23,334 nt of DNA from a virus. A program made the translations under genes and the position numbers. Every line of letters begins with the position of its first letter. Within the stretch, counting starts at the first letter, position 1. Shown here piece by piece: positions 8,900 to 16,695 of this stretch. Below the pieces are notes generated by a model. That model was not told the origin of the DNA and did no database searches. It saw only the letters and a program-made list of their open reading frames with translations. Where the stretch lies: the UHGV virus genome UHGV-0335559; one strand, written 5' to 3'.

Positions 8900-9973
8900 T
8901 TACGCTCCCGGCTCTGCGGTCGCTTTAGCCGGTGTGGAGAAATCACCGACCTTAATTTTTTCCACCAGACAACCGGCGGCGTAGTCTTCCACCACGTAAT
9001 CAATGTTCATTGACTCGTAGTTCTCCACGCGGTCGAGTTTCGGGTTTTCCTCAATCACGCGGCGATGGCTGTCATCCATGTAGTAGATGGACAGGTTTTC
9101 CAGCTTCGTGATGAGCATCGCATCTGCCGGGAAGTACGGGACGCGCACTGCCGGCAGGTTACCGATGCGTTTCTGGCTGATGATGACGTCAGCGGCCAGC
9201 ATTTCGCTGTTGTCCTGCTCCCTGTTGACGATGGGGAAATACTTGTCCGCCAGTAGCTGACGCCCCACAATCACCACAAGGTCAGGGTCTTCCTGATACC
9301 ACGGCTCAATCAGGTTGTTGGTCGCATCCATCACCAGTGCATCGAGGCTGGCATAATCACCGCCCTTACCCACGCGGATGACCTCAGAGGTCGTGTGACC
9401 TTCCTCGTCAGTAACCTTGCTCATCACGCGCGCCGGGGCTTCATTGCGGTATTTCTGCAGCCAGCCGACCGCCACATCCTGCAGCATCTGGTTACTGCTG
9501 CGGTCAGAGGTTTCGGCACGCCTCACGCCGTTAAAACCGGCCATGATTAAATCAAGGGACTGGCGTTTGATAATGGCGTTACGGACACGGAGCTGGAAAT
9601 CCTGATAACGCGCCCACAGGTCCAGCGTTTTGTAGCGGATATAAAAATCGAAGTTAATCTGGTCGCATTCGTACTTGTTTGACGCCAGCTTCGAGAAGTC
9701 CTTCGGCTGACGCTCGGTGCCACCGGCGGTGTCGGTGGTGCTGGCGATGGAGCCGGTGACACCGATGCCAATTTTTTCCCCTTTCATTTCGCTGACCGGC
9801 ACAATATTGATGCGGGTCAGAAAGTCAGAGGACTCCTGCATGGTGTTCATCAGGGTCTGGGTGACCGACGGTTCAACGGTGAATTTTTTCGACACATCAC
9901 CGGCGTCGATGCCGTTCAGTTCGGCAACACGGGACAGGTAGGCATTAAATTTAAAGCGGGTTTCCTGGCGCAT
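8900..9973 (-). CDS. N: Major capsid protein gpN
   Basis: 357-aa ORF, length and position match P2 gpN. Confidence 0.9.
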   Translation of the reverse strand: MRQETRFKFNAYLSRVAELNGIDAGDVSKKFTVEPSVTQTLMNTMQESSDFLTRINIVPVSEMKGEKIGIGVTGSIASTTDTAGGTERQPKDFSKLASNKYECDQINFDFYIRYKTLDLWARYQDFQLRVRNAIIKRQSLDLIMAGFNGVRRAETSDRSSNQMLQDVAVGWLQKYRNEAPARVMSKVTDEEGHTTSEVIRVGKGGDYASLDALVMDATNNLIEPWYQEDPDLVVIVGRQLLADKYFPIVNREQDNSEMLAADVIISQKRIGNLPAVRVPYFPADAMLITKLENLSIYYMDDSHRRVIEENPKLDRVENYESMNIDYVVEDYAAGCLVEKIKVGDFSTPAKATAEPGA

Positions 9974-10031
9974 AGTTTTTCCTGAAATTAAGGGTTAATC
10001 GTGAAGGTTTTCCCGGACTGGCTGACGCCGG

Positions 10032-10886
10032 TCAGCAGTTCGTCATCAGGGCGTCACCGCCACCACCGGTGGCCTTGCTGCGGCGCTGCTGGGTCAGACT
10101 TTCGGTGTGGTCGAGACTGTTTTTCAGGCGGGTGAATGCCTGGCTGGTTTCATCCGCCCTGTCAGTCACATCCTGCTTAAGTGCGGAAAAAGCGGTTTCC
10201 ATCTCAGCGAGGCGCTGCTCAGTGGCGCTCAGTTTTTCCTGCACATGTTCAGCAACAGCGGTCACCGCTTCATGCACGTCATTCAGACGGGCGTCATCGC
10301 TGGCCTGTTTGCGGCCAAAAATGGACTTCACCTTTTCGGTCAGGGCGGTGAACACGGTTTCAGGCAGGTCTTCAAATTCCAGCTCAACGGGCGTTGCCAC
10401 TGAAATCAGGTTTTCAGGGCTTAATTTGAAGCGGTTCAGGGGGTTGTGTTTTGCCGTGCGGCAGAATTCCAGGTATTCCGTGCCGAGGCTTGCCGGGTCA
10501 TCGGTGACGGCCAGACCCACCAGATAACATTTGCCGGTGTTGGCAAAGTTCGGCTGAATTTCCATTGAGGTGTAGACCTTCTGCGCGGCCTTGTTCATCG
10601 CGATAAGGTCATCGGTCGGGGTGATTTTCGCAAACAGCGCCCATTTGCCTTTCAGCGCCGAATCATCGTCAATCTTTTCGGCCTTCAGTTCGACCACATC
10701 GCCATAACGCTTAAAAATACCGTCAGGCAGGATGCCGCGCAGATGTTCCAGGTTAATGCGGCAACCATAGACTCGCGGGTCAAAGGTTTCGGCCATTTCC
10801 TGAATATCCTGCGCACTGATGACACGCCCGTCACAGGTGTCACCCTCAACGCCGATACGAAAGAATTTTGATGCTTTTTTTGCCAT
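10032..10886 (-). CDS. O: Capsid scaffolding protein gpO
   Basis: Start set at internal MAKKASKFFRIGVEGDTCDGRVISAQDIQEM..., the P2 gpO N-terminus as I recall it, giving 284 aa. The ORF-track start at 10952 is an upstream in-frame extension. Confidence 0.9.
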   Translation of the reverse strand: MAKKASKFFRIGVEGDTCDGRVISAQDIQEMAETFDPRVYGCRINLEHLRGILPDGIFKRYGDVVELKAEKIDDDSALKGKWALFAKITPTDDLIAMNKAAQKVYTSMEIQPNFANTGKCYLVGLAVTDDPASLGTEYLEFCRTAKHNPLNRFKLSPENLISVATPVELEFEDLPETVFTALTEKVKSIFGRKQASDDARLNDVHEAVTAVAEHVQEKLSATEQRLAEMETAFSALKQDVTDRADETSQAFTRLKNSLDHTESLTQQRRSKATGGGGDALMTNC

Positions 10887-11059
10887 TGTCAGGAGTCCTG
10901 AATAGTGATTAGAGGAGTCACATGTCGGCATCAGTTTCCCGACGATGCGCATCCTCCGCCATCAGTCCCGGATGGCTTATCACTGACACAACAGCACCTT
11001 AGCGAATCGCGGGACGCGACTCAGTAGCCTTGCCGTGTATTCATCACGGCGAGGTATTC
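10887..11059. promoter_or_regulatory. Divergent late-promoter region between O and P
   Basis: 173-bp gap between divergently transcribed O and P, as in P2 where the Ogr-activated late promoters lie. I could not find a clean TGT-N12-ACA dyad by eye, so exact elements are unassigned. Confidence 0.35.
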
Positions 11060-12829
11060 ATGACCATCACCACAGACACCACTCTTTTACACGACCCGCG
11101 TCGTCAGGCGGCGCTGCTGTACTGGCAGGGGTTTTCCGTGCCGCAGATTGCCGCCATGTTGCAGATGAAACGCCCGACGGTGCAGAGCTGGAAACAGCGC
11201 GACGGCTGGGACAGCGTTGCCCCCATCAGCCGTGTCGAAATGAGTCTGGAAGCGCGGCTGACCCAGCTCATCATCAAACCGCAGAAAACCGGCGGTGACT
11301 TCAAGGAAATTGACCTGCTCGGACGCCAGATTGAACGACTGGCACGGGTCAACCGTTACAGTCAGACCGGCAACGAGGCAGACCTTAATCCGAACGTCGC
11401 TAACCGCAACAAAGGCGGGCGTCGCAAACCGAAAAAGAATTTTTTCAGTGACGAGGCCATCGAAAAGCTGGAGCAGATTTTCTTTGAGCAGTCTTTCGAA
11501 TATCAGTTGCACTGGTATCGCGCCGGGCTTGAGCACCGCATCCGCGATATCCTGAAATCCCGCCAGATTGGCGCAACGTTTTATTTTTCCCGCGAGGCGC
11601 TGCTGCGCGCCCTGAAAACCGGTCATAACCAGATTTTTCTGTCGGCCAGTAAAACGCAGGCGTATGTGTTCCGCGAATACATCATCGCCTTTGCCCGGCT
11701 GGTTGACGTTGACCTGACCGGTGACCCGATTGTCCTGGGCAATAACGGCGCAAAACTGATTTTTCTCGGCACCAACTCCAACACCGCACAGAGCCATAAC
11801 GGTGACCTGTACGTCGACGAGATTTTCTGGATCCCGAATTTTCAGGTACTGCGTAAGGTGGCATCAGGTATGGCCTCACAGAGTCACCTGCGCTCGACCT
11901 ATTTCTCCACCCCGTCCACGCTGGCGCACGACGCCTATCCGTTCTGGTCGGGTGAACTGTTCAACCGGGGACGCGCCAGCGCCGCCGAACGCGTGGAAAT
12001 CGACGTCAGTCATAACGCCCTTGCCGGTGGGCTTCTCTGTGCGGACGGCCAGTGGCGGCAGATTGTCACCATTGAGGACGCCCTGAAAGGTGGCTGCACG
12101 CTGTTCGACATTGAGCAGCTTAAACGCGAAAACAGCGCCGACGATTTTAAAAACCTGTTCATGTGTGAATTTGTTGACGACAAGGCGTCGGTATTCCCGT
12201 TCGAGGAGCTGCAGCGCTGCATGGTCGATGTGATGGAGGAATGGGAGGACTTTGCCCCGTTCGCCGACCATCCGTTCGGCTCTCGTCCTGTCTGGATTGG
12301 CTACGACCCGTCACACACCGGCGACAGTGCCGGGTGCGTCGTGCTCGCGCCGCCGGTGGTCTCTGGTGGCAAGTTCCGCATGCTGGAGCGCCACCAGTGG
12401 AAGGGCATGGATTTTGCAGCACAGGCAGAGGGCATCCGCAAGCTGACCGAGAAATACAACGTCGAATACATCGGCATTGACGCAACCGGCCTCGGTCTCG
12501 GCGTGTTCCAGCTGGTGCGCTCATTTTACCCGGCGGCACGCGGCATCCGTTACACACCTGAAATGAAAACCGCAATGGTACTCAAGGCGAAAGACACCAT
12601 TCGCCGTGGCTGTCTGGAGTACGACGCCGGAGCAACCGACGTCACGCAGTCGTTTATGTCCATCCGCAAAACCATGACCAGCAGCGGGCGCTGCGCCACC
12701 TATGAGGCCAGCCGCACCGAGGAAGCCAGCCACGCCGATATCGCATGGGCGACCATGCACGCCCTGTTAAACGAACCGCTTTCTGCCGGTAGCGGCATGC
12801 AGCCTAAATCTATTCTGGAGTTCAACTAA
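11060..12829 (+). CDS. P: Terminase ATPase (large) subunit gpP
   Basis: Start set at MTITTDTTLLHDPRRQAALLYWQGF... with GAGG 7 nt upstream, giving 589 aa. The ORF-track start at 11030 lacks a ribosome binding site. Confidence 0.9.
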   Translation: MTITTDTTLLHDPRRQAALLYWQGFSVPQIAAMLQMKRPTVQSWKQRDGWDSVAPISRVEMSLEARLTQLIIKPQKTGGDFKEIDLLGRQIERLARVNRYSQTGNEADLNPNVANRNKGGRRKPKKNFFSDEAIEKLEQIFFEQSFEYQLHWYRAGLEHRIRDILKSRQIGATFYFSREALLRALKTGHNQIFLSASKTQAYVFREYIIAFARLVDVDLTGDPIVLGNNGAKLIFLGTNSNTAQSHNGDLYVDEIFWIPNFQVLRKVASGMASQSHLRSTYFSTPSTLAHDAYPFWSGELFNRGRASAAERVEIDVSHNALAGGLLCADGQWRQIVTIEDALKGGCTLFDIEQLKRENSADDFKNLFMCEFVDDKASVFPFEELQRCMVDVMEEWEDFAPFADHPFGSRPVWIGYDPSHTGDSAGCVVLAPPVVSGGKFRMLERHQWKGMDFAAQAEGIRKLTEKYNVEYIGIDATGLGLGVFQLVRSFYPAARGIRYTPEMKTAMVLKAKDTIRRGCLEYDAGATDVTQSFMSIRKTMTSSGRCATYEASRTEEASHADIAWATMHALLNEPLSAGSGMQPKSILEFN

Positions 12830-12830
12830 A

Positions 12831-13877
12831 ATGGGTAAACAAAAATCCCGTAAAGCCAACGCACAAAAGGCCAGCAAACCACAACAACTGACCGCCAGCG
12901 CACCGCCAAAAACGACAGCGTTCACCTTCGGCGAGCCGGTGCCGGTACTCGATAAGCGCGACATTCTGGATTACGTCGAGTGCATCAGTAACGGCAAATG
13001 GTACGAGCCGCCGGTCAGCTTCTCAGGGCTGGCAAAGAGCCTGCGCTCTGCCGTGCATCACAGCTCGCCAATTTATGTTAAGCGTAACGTGCTCGCGAGC
13101 ACCTACATTCCGCACCCGTTGTTATCCCGTCAGGATTTCAGCCGCTTTGCGCTCGATTATCTGGTGTTCGGTAACGCCTTTCTTGAGCAGCGCCACAGCG
13201 TCACCGGCCAGTTAATCAAACTGCTGGCCTCGCCAGCCAAATACACCCGACGCGGAGTCGACGATTCGATTTTCTGGTTTGTGGAAAACTTCACCCAGCC
13301 GCACGAGTTCGCGCCTGATACCGTGTTTCACCTGCTGGAGCCCGACATTAATCAGGAGATTTACGGTCTGCCGGAATATCTCAGCGCGCTTAATTCCGCT
13401 TGGCTGAATGAATCCGCGACGCTGTTCCGCCGCAAGTATTATCAGAACGGCGCGCACGCAGGCTACATCATGTATGTGACTGACCCGGCGCAGAGCGCGA
13501 CCGACGTCGAATCGCTGCGCGAGGCGATGCGCAACTCAAAAGGGCTCGGCAACTTTAAGAACCTGTTTTTCTACGCTCCCGGCGGAAAACCGGACGGCAT
13601 CAAAATCGTGCCACTGAGCGAGGTCGCCACAAAGGATGACTTTTTCAACATCAAGAAGGCCAGTGCCGCCGATCTGATGGACGCGCACCGCGTACCGTTC
13701 CAGCTCATGGGCGGCAAGCCCGAGAATATCGGTTCACTCGGTGATGTTGAGAAGGTGGCAAAGGTATTTGTGCGCAACGAGCTGTCGCCGCTACAGGACA
13801 GGTTCAGGGAGGTAAATGACTGGCTCGGCATGGAGGTCATCAGATTCAAAGAGTACACCCTCGACAACCCAGAATAA
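12831..13877 (+). CDS. Q: Portal (capsid vertex) protein gpQ
   Basis: 348-aa ORF starting 2 nt after the P stop; position and size match P2 gpQ. Confidence 0.9.
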   Translation: MGKQKSRKANAQKASKPQQLTASAPPKTTAFTFGEPVPVLDKRDILDYVECISNGKWYEPPVSFSGLAKSLRSAVHHSSPIYVKRNVLASTYIPHPLLSRQDFSRFALDYLVFGNAFLEQRHSVTGQLIKLLASPAKYTRRGVDDSIFWFVENFTQPHEFAPDTVFHLLEPDINQEIYGLPEYLSALNSAWLNESATLFRRKYYQNGAHAGYIMYVTDPAQSATDVESLREAMRNSKGLGNFKNLFFYAPGGKPDGIKIVPLSEVATKDDFFNIKKASAADLMDAHRVPFQLMGGKPENIGSLGDVEKVAKVFVRNELSPLQDRFREVNDWLGMEVIRFKEYTLDNPE

Positions 13878-13907
13878 CTTAGGCCGCCACAATCTCTGCG
13901 CTCATTA

Positions 13908-13936
13908 TTGAAGATGCAATCTGCGAAAGCTATAGT
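13908..13936 (+). promoter_or_regulatory. Candidate sigma-70 promoter for the cargo gene
   Basis: TTGAAG (13908-13913), 17-bp spacer, TATAGT (13931-13936); about 18 bp upstream of the ATG at 13955. No clear Shine-Dalgarno, so the mRNA would have a short leader. Confidence 0.45.
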
Positions 13937-13954
13937 GCATCGAATATCAAAACA

Positions 13955-14959
13955 ATGGGCGCGGAGATTAATATTTTGGAAACTGATTTTAAAATAACCC
14001 TCGAAGGTTTCGCTACTGAGCAAGAAGCAAATAATATCGGTAATTTCACACTAGAAGCTATCCGAGCTTTAACAAAAAATCTCAATCTTGATATCTCCAA
14101 ATTAAAATGCGTGATTGTTTCCTATAACTTCAGTGAAGCTCTTCAAAAGGTAACATCCTCTTACCAACACAAATCCCCTAGTTCATTTACCAATAGCAAA
14201 CAGGGCGCAGCCGTCGGGCAGTTAGTAACAAAAATTGGCAATGATGGGCTATGTGAAGAATATACCCTTGTGCTATCGATTGATTTTTTTGTTGAGCTTT
14301 TCAATGATGGTAGCTTCTTAAAACTGAAAGAAGAAGGATACCTCGCAGTCATCCATCGCATTCACCATGAATTAGTGCACGTACATGAAAAAAACTTACT
14401 AACATGCTTAGCCCAAAACTTTACAGTCAACGAGTATGGTAGCGCGCTTCTTATCTCAGCCACGCGTGCATGGTCTGAATATCTCGCTAATTACATGTCT
14501 TCGGGGTCTGCCCCTCAAGAAACTATCGATTTATTTTTAGAGAATCTTGACACTGTTGTAAATGAAGTATCTGACGAGATTGAAAAACTCATCTGGGGTT
14601 ATAAGTACGGTAATATTTCTCTGAATGACATGTATCTTGAAGTAAAAAAACGTATCAGGCTAATCATCAACTCTTATGCTTATGCGATGGGTTATGTCCA
14701 TTCTCTAAACATCAATATTAAAGAATACGATCCAAAGCTATCCCTTACACTATCCAACTCAAAGATAAGATATCAATTATCAGAATTAGGCATTGCTTTT
14801 CAGAATCTTTATGGGAAGTTTAATGACCAGCACATTACAGGTTTTGGTGATTTTCGGGAGATAACAATAATCATTGATGAAATATTCAAGCAGTTTGGGC
14901 TTGTTTTAGAGTGTCCCGATTGGTCTGGCGACGGTGAACTCTACATACATGTAAATTAG
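13955..14959 (+). CDS. Hypothetical cargo protein, 334 aa, HExxH motif (IHRIHHELVHVHEKN); no recognisable family
   Basis: Long uninterrupted ORF in an island of about one-third G+C (flanking phage genes are well above 50%). Sits between the portal gene and cos, where P2 as I recall it has only about 100 bp. No Walker A, no TM segment, no HTH that I can see. Confidence 0.6.
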   Translation: MGAEINILETDFKITLEGFATEQEANNIGNFTLEAIRALTKNLNLDISKLKCVIVSYNFSEALQKVTSSYQHKSPSSFTNSKQGAAVGQLVTKIGNDGLCEEYTLVLSIDFFVELFNDGSFLKLKEEGYLAVIHRIHHELVHVHEKNLLTCLAQNFTVNEYGSALLISATRAWSEYLANYMSSGSAPQETIDLFLENLDTVVNEVSDEIEKLIWGYKYGNISLNDMYLEVKKRIRLIINSYAYAMGYVHSLNINIKEYDPKLSLTLSNSKIRYQLSELGIAFQNLYGKFNDQHITGFGDFREITIIIDEIFKQFGLVLECPDWSGDGELYIHVN

Positions 14960-15178
14960 TTTAATCATAGTAGAAACATAATTAGCAGTTTGAATCCTGC
15001 CACTCCTGTAAAGCCGCTGCTCCTGGTGGCTTTTCCATGCACACCACCATCACGCATCAGATGCGTCTCACGCGCACGAACACACTCGACCACCAACGAA
15101 CCAGCAGCGACCACGACAGCGCCATCACGACGCGCTCAGAGGATAATTTTTATTATTACGCATCACTGCTGGCGCGCA

Positions 15179-15197
15179 ATGCTTTCCCCGCCACGCC
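15179..15197 (-). other. cos-like site (19-nt cohesive-end sequence of P2/186-type phages)
   Basis: Minus strand reads GGCGTGGCGGGGAAAGCAT, matching the 19-nt cohesive end as I recall it for 186 (P2: GGCGAGGCGGGGAAAGCAC). Its orientation relative to Q is the same as at the P2 left end. Confidence 0.55.
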
Positions 15198-15353
15198 TGC
15201 CCGCTTTATGGGGCGGTTTTAATGCAGTTGCATGACAACTCTGGATCCGCGCTAGCTCTGGCGGCGCACGGACAGAACGGGCAAGACTGACGCATGCAAA
15301 ACCATGCACCTAATGCATGCACGACTAAAAAACGGGAAATTCGCGGAAAAATG

Positions 15354-15390
15354 GCATAAAAAAACCGGCATTCAGGGTGCCGGTTTTAGT
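15354..15390. terminator. Bidirectional rho-independent terminator
   Basis: A-tract (15356-15364), 7-bp stem ACCGGCA (15364-15370) / TGCCGGT (15378-15384) with a 7-nt loop, then TTTT. U-runs follow the hairpin on both strands; it would end the minus-strand tum-like operon before cos. Confidence 0.55.
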
Positions 15391-15523
15391 CTGGTTTTGT
15401 CGCGATTAATGGCCGCGCAATGCGCCAATAACACTGTTGAGGCACATGCTGGCAACAATCATCAGAAAAATCGTCGTCCACGGATTTTCATAAACGATAG
15501 ATAACATATTTATATAGTTCCTC

Positions 15524-15808
15524 TTATTTGCGCATTCTGATGTGATTTAACAGGTGTTTGATAACGACTGATAGCTCATCTTTACCGGCCTGCTCGACCA
15601 TTTTTGCGGTGTAGCTTTCCACCTCGCGAGAGCTCAGGTCGTTATTTAAAGCCATTAAAGTCAGATTCTTTGCCCAATCGGCAAACGGGTCATTTTTCGA
15701 TGAAAGGGGATTTTGCATGTACAAAAACCTCGAATTATTTAACCAGCAGACGGTTGAAGTATTTGCGACGCTATGACCGGCTAACGCCTCGCGTAGCTCG
15801 TTGTTCAA
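15524..15808 (-). CDS. Hypothetical small protein (last gene of the SOS operon); start uncertain
   Basis: 94-aa ORF whose first codons lie inside repeat A. An internal Met at 15718 (MQNPLSSKND...) with GAGG upstream is the more likely start (64 aa). No recognisable family. Confidence 0.35.
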   Translation of the reverse strand: MNNELREALAGHSVANTSTVCWLNNSRFLYMQNPLSSKNDPFADWAKNLTLMALNNDLSSREVESYTAKMVEQAGKDELSVVIKHLLNHIRMRK

Positions 15809-15849
15809 CCCCGCCAGACCTGAAAGCGAGTTTCAGCTCCGGCGGCGTT
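15785..15849. repeat. 65-bp direct repeat, copy A (contains hairpin CTGAAA-GCGAG-TTTCAG)
   Basis: Aligns with 16190-16254 at roughly 85% identity, including identical blocks TTGTTCAACCCCGCCAG and CCGGCGGCGTT. Begins 2 nt after the stop of the 69-aa ORF on the minus strand. Confidence 0.75.
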
Positions 15850-15851
15850 AT

Positions 15852-16061
15852 CTATGGTCGACGTGGTGGCGGTGAGTAATGTGTCGGCTTGCTGATGCTA
15901 TCCAGCTTGCCGTAATTATCCCTGACTATTTCGGCACACCCGACCAGCTCGGCGGGTGTCAAATTCTCATTGACCATTATCTGCTGCAGACGATGAACGA
16001 TGGCCATCAGTTTGATGCTTTTAGTTTTGTGCTGCGGAATTTTGCCCGGTAGTCGATGCAT
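15852..16061 (-). CDS. Hypothetical 69-aa protein flanked by the two direct repeats
   Basis: ORF with GAGGG Shine-Dalgarno 7 nt upstream of the ATG at 16061. No recognisable family. Confidence 0.4.
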   Translation of the reverse strand: MHRLPGKIPQHKTKSIKLMAIVHRLQQIMVNENLTPAELVGCAEIVRDNYGKLDSISKPTHYSPPPRRP

Positions 16062-16189
16062 ATTATCGCCCTCAATGAATTTTATTTAGCGCTGCCACAG
16101 CGCCACTATAAAACCCGCTAAGGTAACGTCCCATTCATCACTGGTGTGTAACCAATAAAACATCGAGAAACTTTGAGAGGAAGAACTAG

Positions 16190-16254
16190 CGCCTCGCGGT
16201 GCGAGTTGTTCAACCCCGCCAGCACTGAAAGCAAGTTTCAGCACCGGCGGCGTT
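16190..16254. repeat. 65-bp direct repeat, copy B (contains hairpin CTGAAA-GCAAG-TTTCAG)
   Basis: Partner of 15785-15849; begins 2 nt after the stop of the DinI-like gene on the minus strand. Confidence 0.75.
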
Positions 16255-16256
16255 TG

Positions 16257-16490
16257 TTAATGCAGCCAGCTATCGTCCTCCCATACCTGCTGCATGATTT
16301 CCATTACTCGTTTTTTATCTTCGTCCAGTTTCAAACCGCTTAGTTCAACGCCATTAGCGGAGCCCTTGCGAATTCGGATAGCAGTCTTTGGGTAAATAGG
16401 TTGAAGATTGCGGTACAGTTCAGCCTCAAGTGCATCCAATGTTGCCTGACTAATTTTTTGCTCTTTATCCAACGTGATATTGATTCTCAT
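16257..16490 (-). CDS. DinI-like protein (DinI / 186 Tum C-terminal domain family)
   Basis: 77 aa, MRINITLDKEQKISQATLDALEAELYRNLQPIYP...VMEIMQQVWEDDSWLH; resembles E. coli DinI (MRIEVTIAK...ALAGELSRRIQ...) in pattern and length. Weak Shine-Dalgarno; the ATG is one codon after the in-frame stop of the upstream ORF. Confidence 0.75.
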   Translation of the reverse strand: MRINITLDKEQKISQATLDALEAELYRNLQPIYPKTAIRIRKGSANGVELSGLKLDEDKKRVMEIMQQVWEDDSWLH

Positions 16491-16493
16491 AAT

Positions 16494-16676
16494 CTAATCA
16501 GCCTTATAAAAATTATCATCTTCGGTTTCGTTATTTTCGCTGTTTGCTAGGTCTGCAATGAGAGTGAGCGCGAGCTTTAAGTCTGATGGCTTGCAGTTTG
16601 CAATCAGAGATACCTCGGCAATAAATTGCACACAAGCCCACTTTTGCTGCGTTCGGCTGAAATGTTCGCCAACCAT
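16494..16676 (-). CDS. Small protein, possible N-terminal (antirepressor) part of a Tum-like protein
   Basis: 60-aa ORF with strong Shine-Dalgarno (GGGAGGG) and a LexA box just upstream. Same reading frame as the DinI-like ORF, separated from it by a single TAG. Confidence 0.5.
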   Translation of the reverse strand: MVGEHFSRTQQKWACVQFIAEVSLIANCKPSDLKLALTLIADLANSENNETEDDNFYKAD

Positions 16677-16695
16677 GAAATCCCTCCCACAGGGT

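Noticed and set aside
10887-10952. Upstream extension of the O ORF (ORF-track start at 10952, MRIVGKLMPTCDSS...)
   Set aside because: The gpO-like N-terminus begins at the internal Met (MAKKASKFFRIG...); the extension would run into the divergent promoter region.
11087-11797. 236-aa minus-strand ORF inside the terminase P gene (and similar antisense ORFs such as 8150-8749 in M, 2505-3116 in J, 4317-4841 in V/S, 16626-17207 in A, 21330-21869 in cI)
   Set aside because: All lie entirely antisense to confidently assigned P2-family genes, lack ribosome binding sites and have Arg/Ala-rich shadow-frame composition.
13955-14959. Assigning the cargo protein as a zinc metalloprotease on the basis of HExxH
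   Set aside because: A five-residue motif in a His-rich stretch can occur by chance and I could not identify a third zinc ligand or a known fold; kept only as a hypothesis.
14990-15235. Small ORFs (14990-15235, 15037-15222) spanning the cos-like site
   Set aside because: They sit in the GC-rich cos-flanking packaging region, have no translation signals, and the cos site itself would lie within them.
15304-15504. 66-aa plus-strand ORF between cos and the SOS operon
   Set aside because: It spans the bidirectional terminator hairpin, has no ribosome binding site and has low-complexity composition; more likely non-coding.
15785-15849. Possible tRNA fragment or attachment site, suggested by the GTTCAACCCCGCC segment in the direct repeats
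   Set aside because: No acceptor stem or cloverleaf could be built around it, no CCA end, and both copies lie inside an operon immediately after stop codons rather than next to the integrase.
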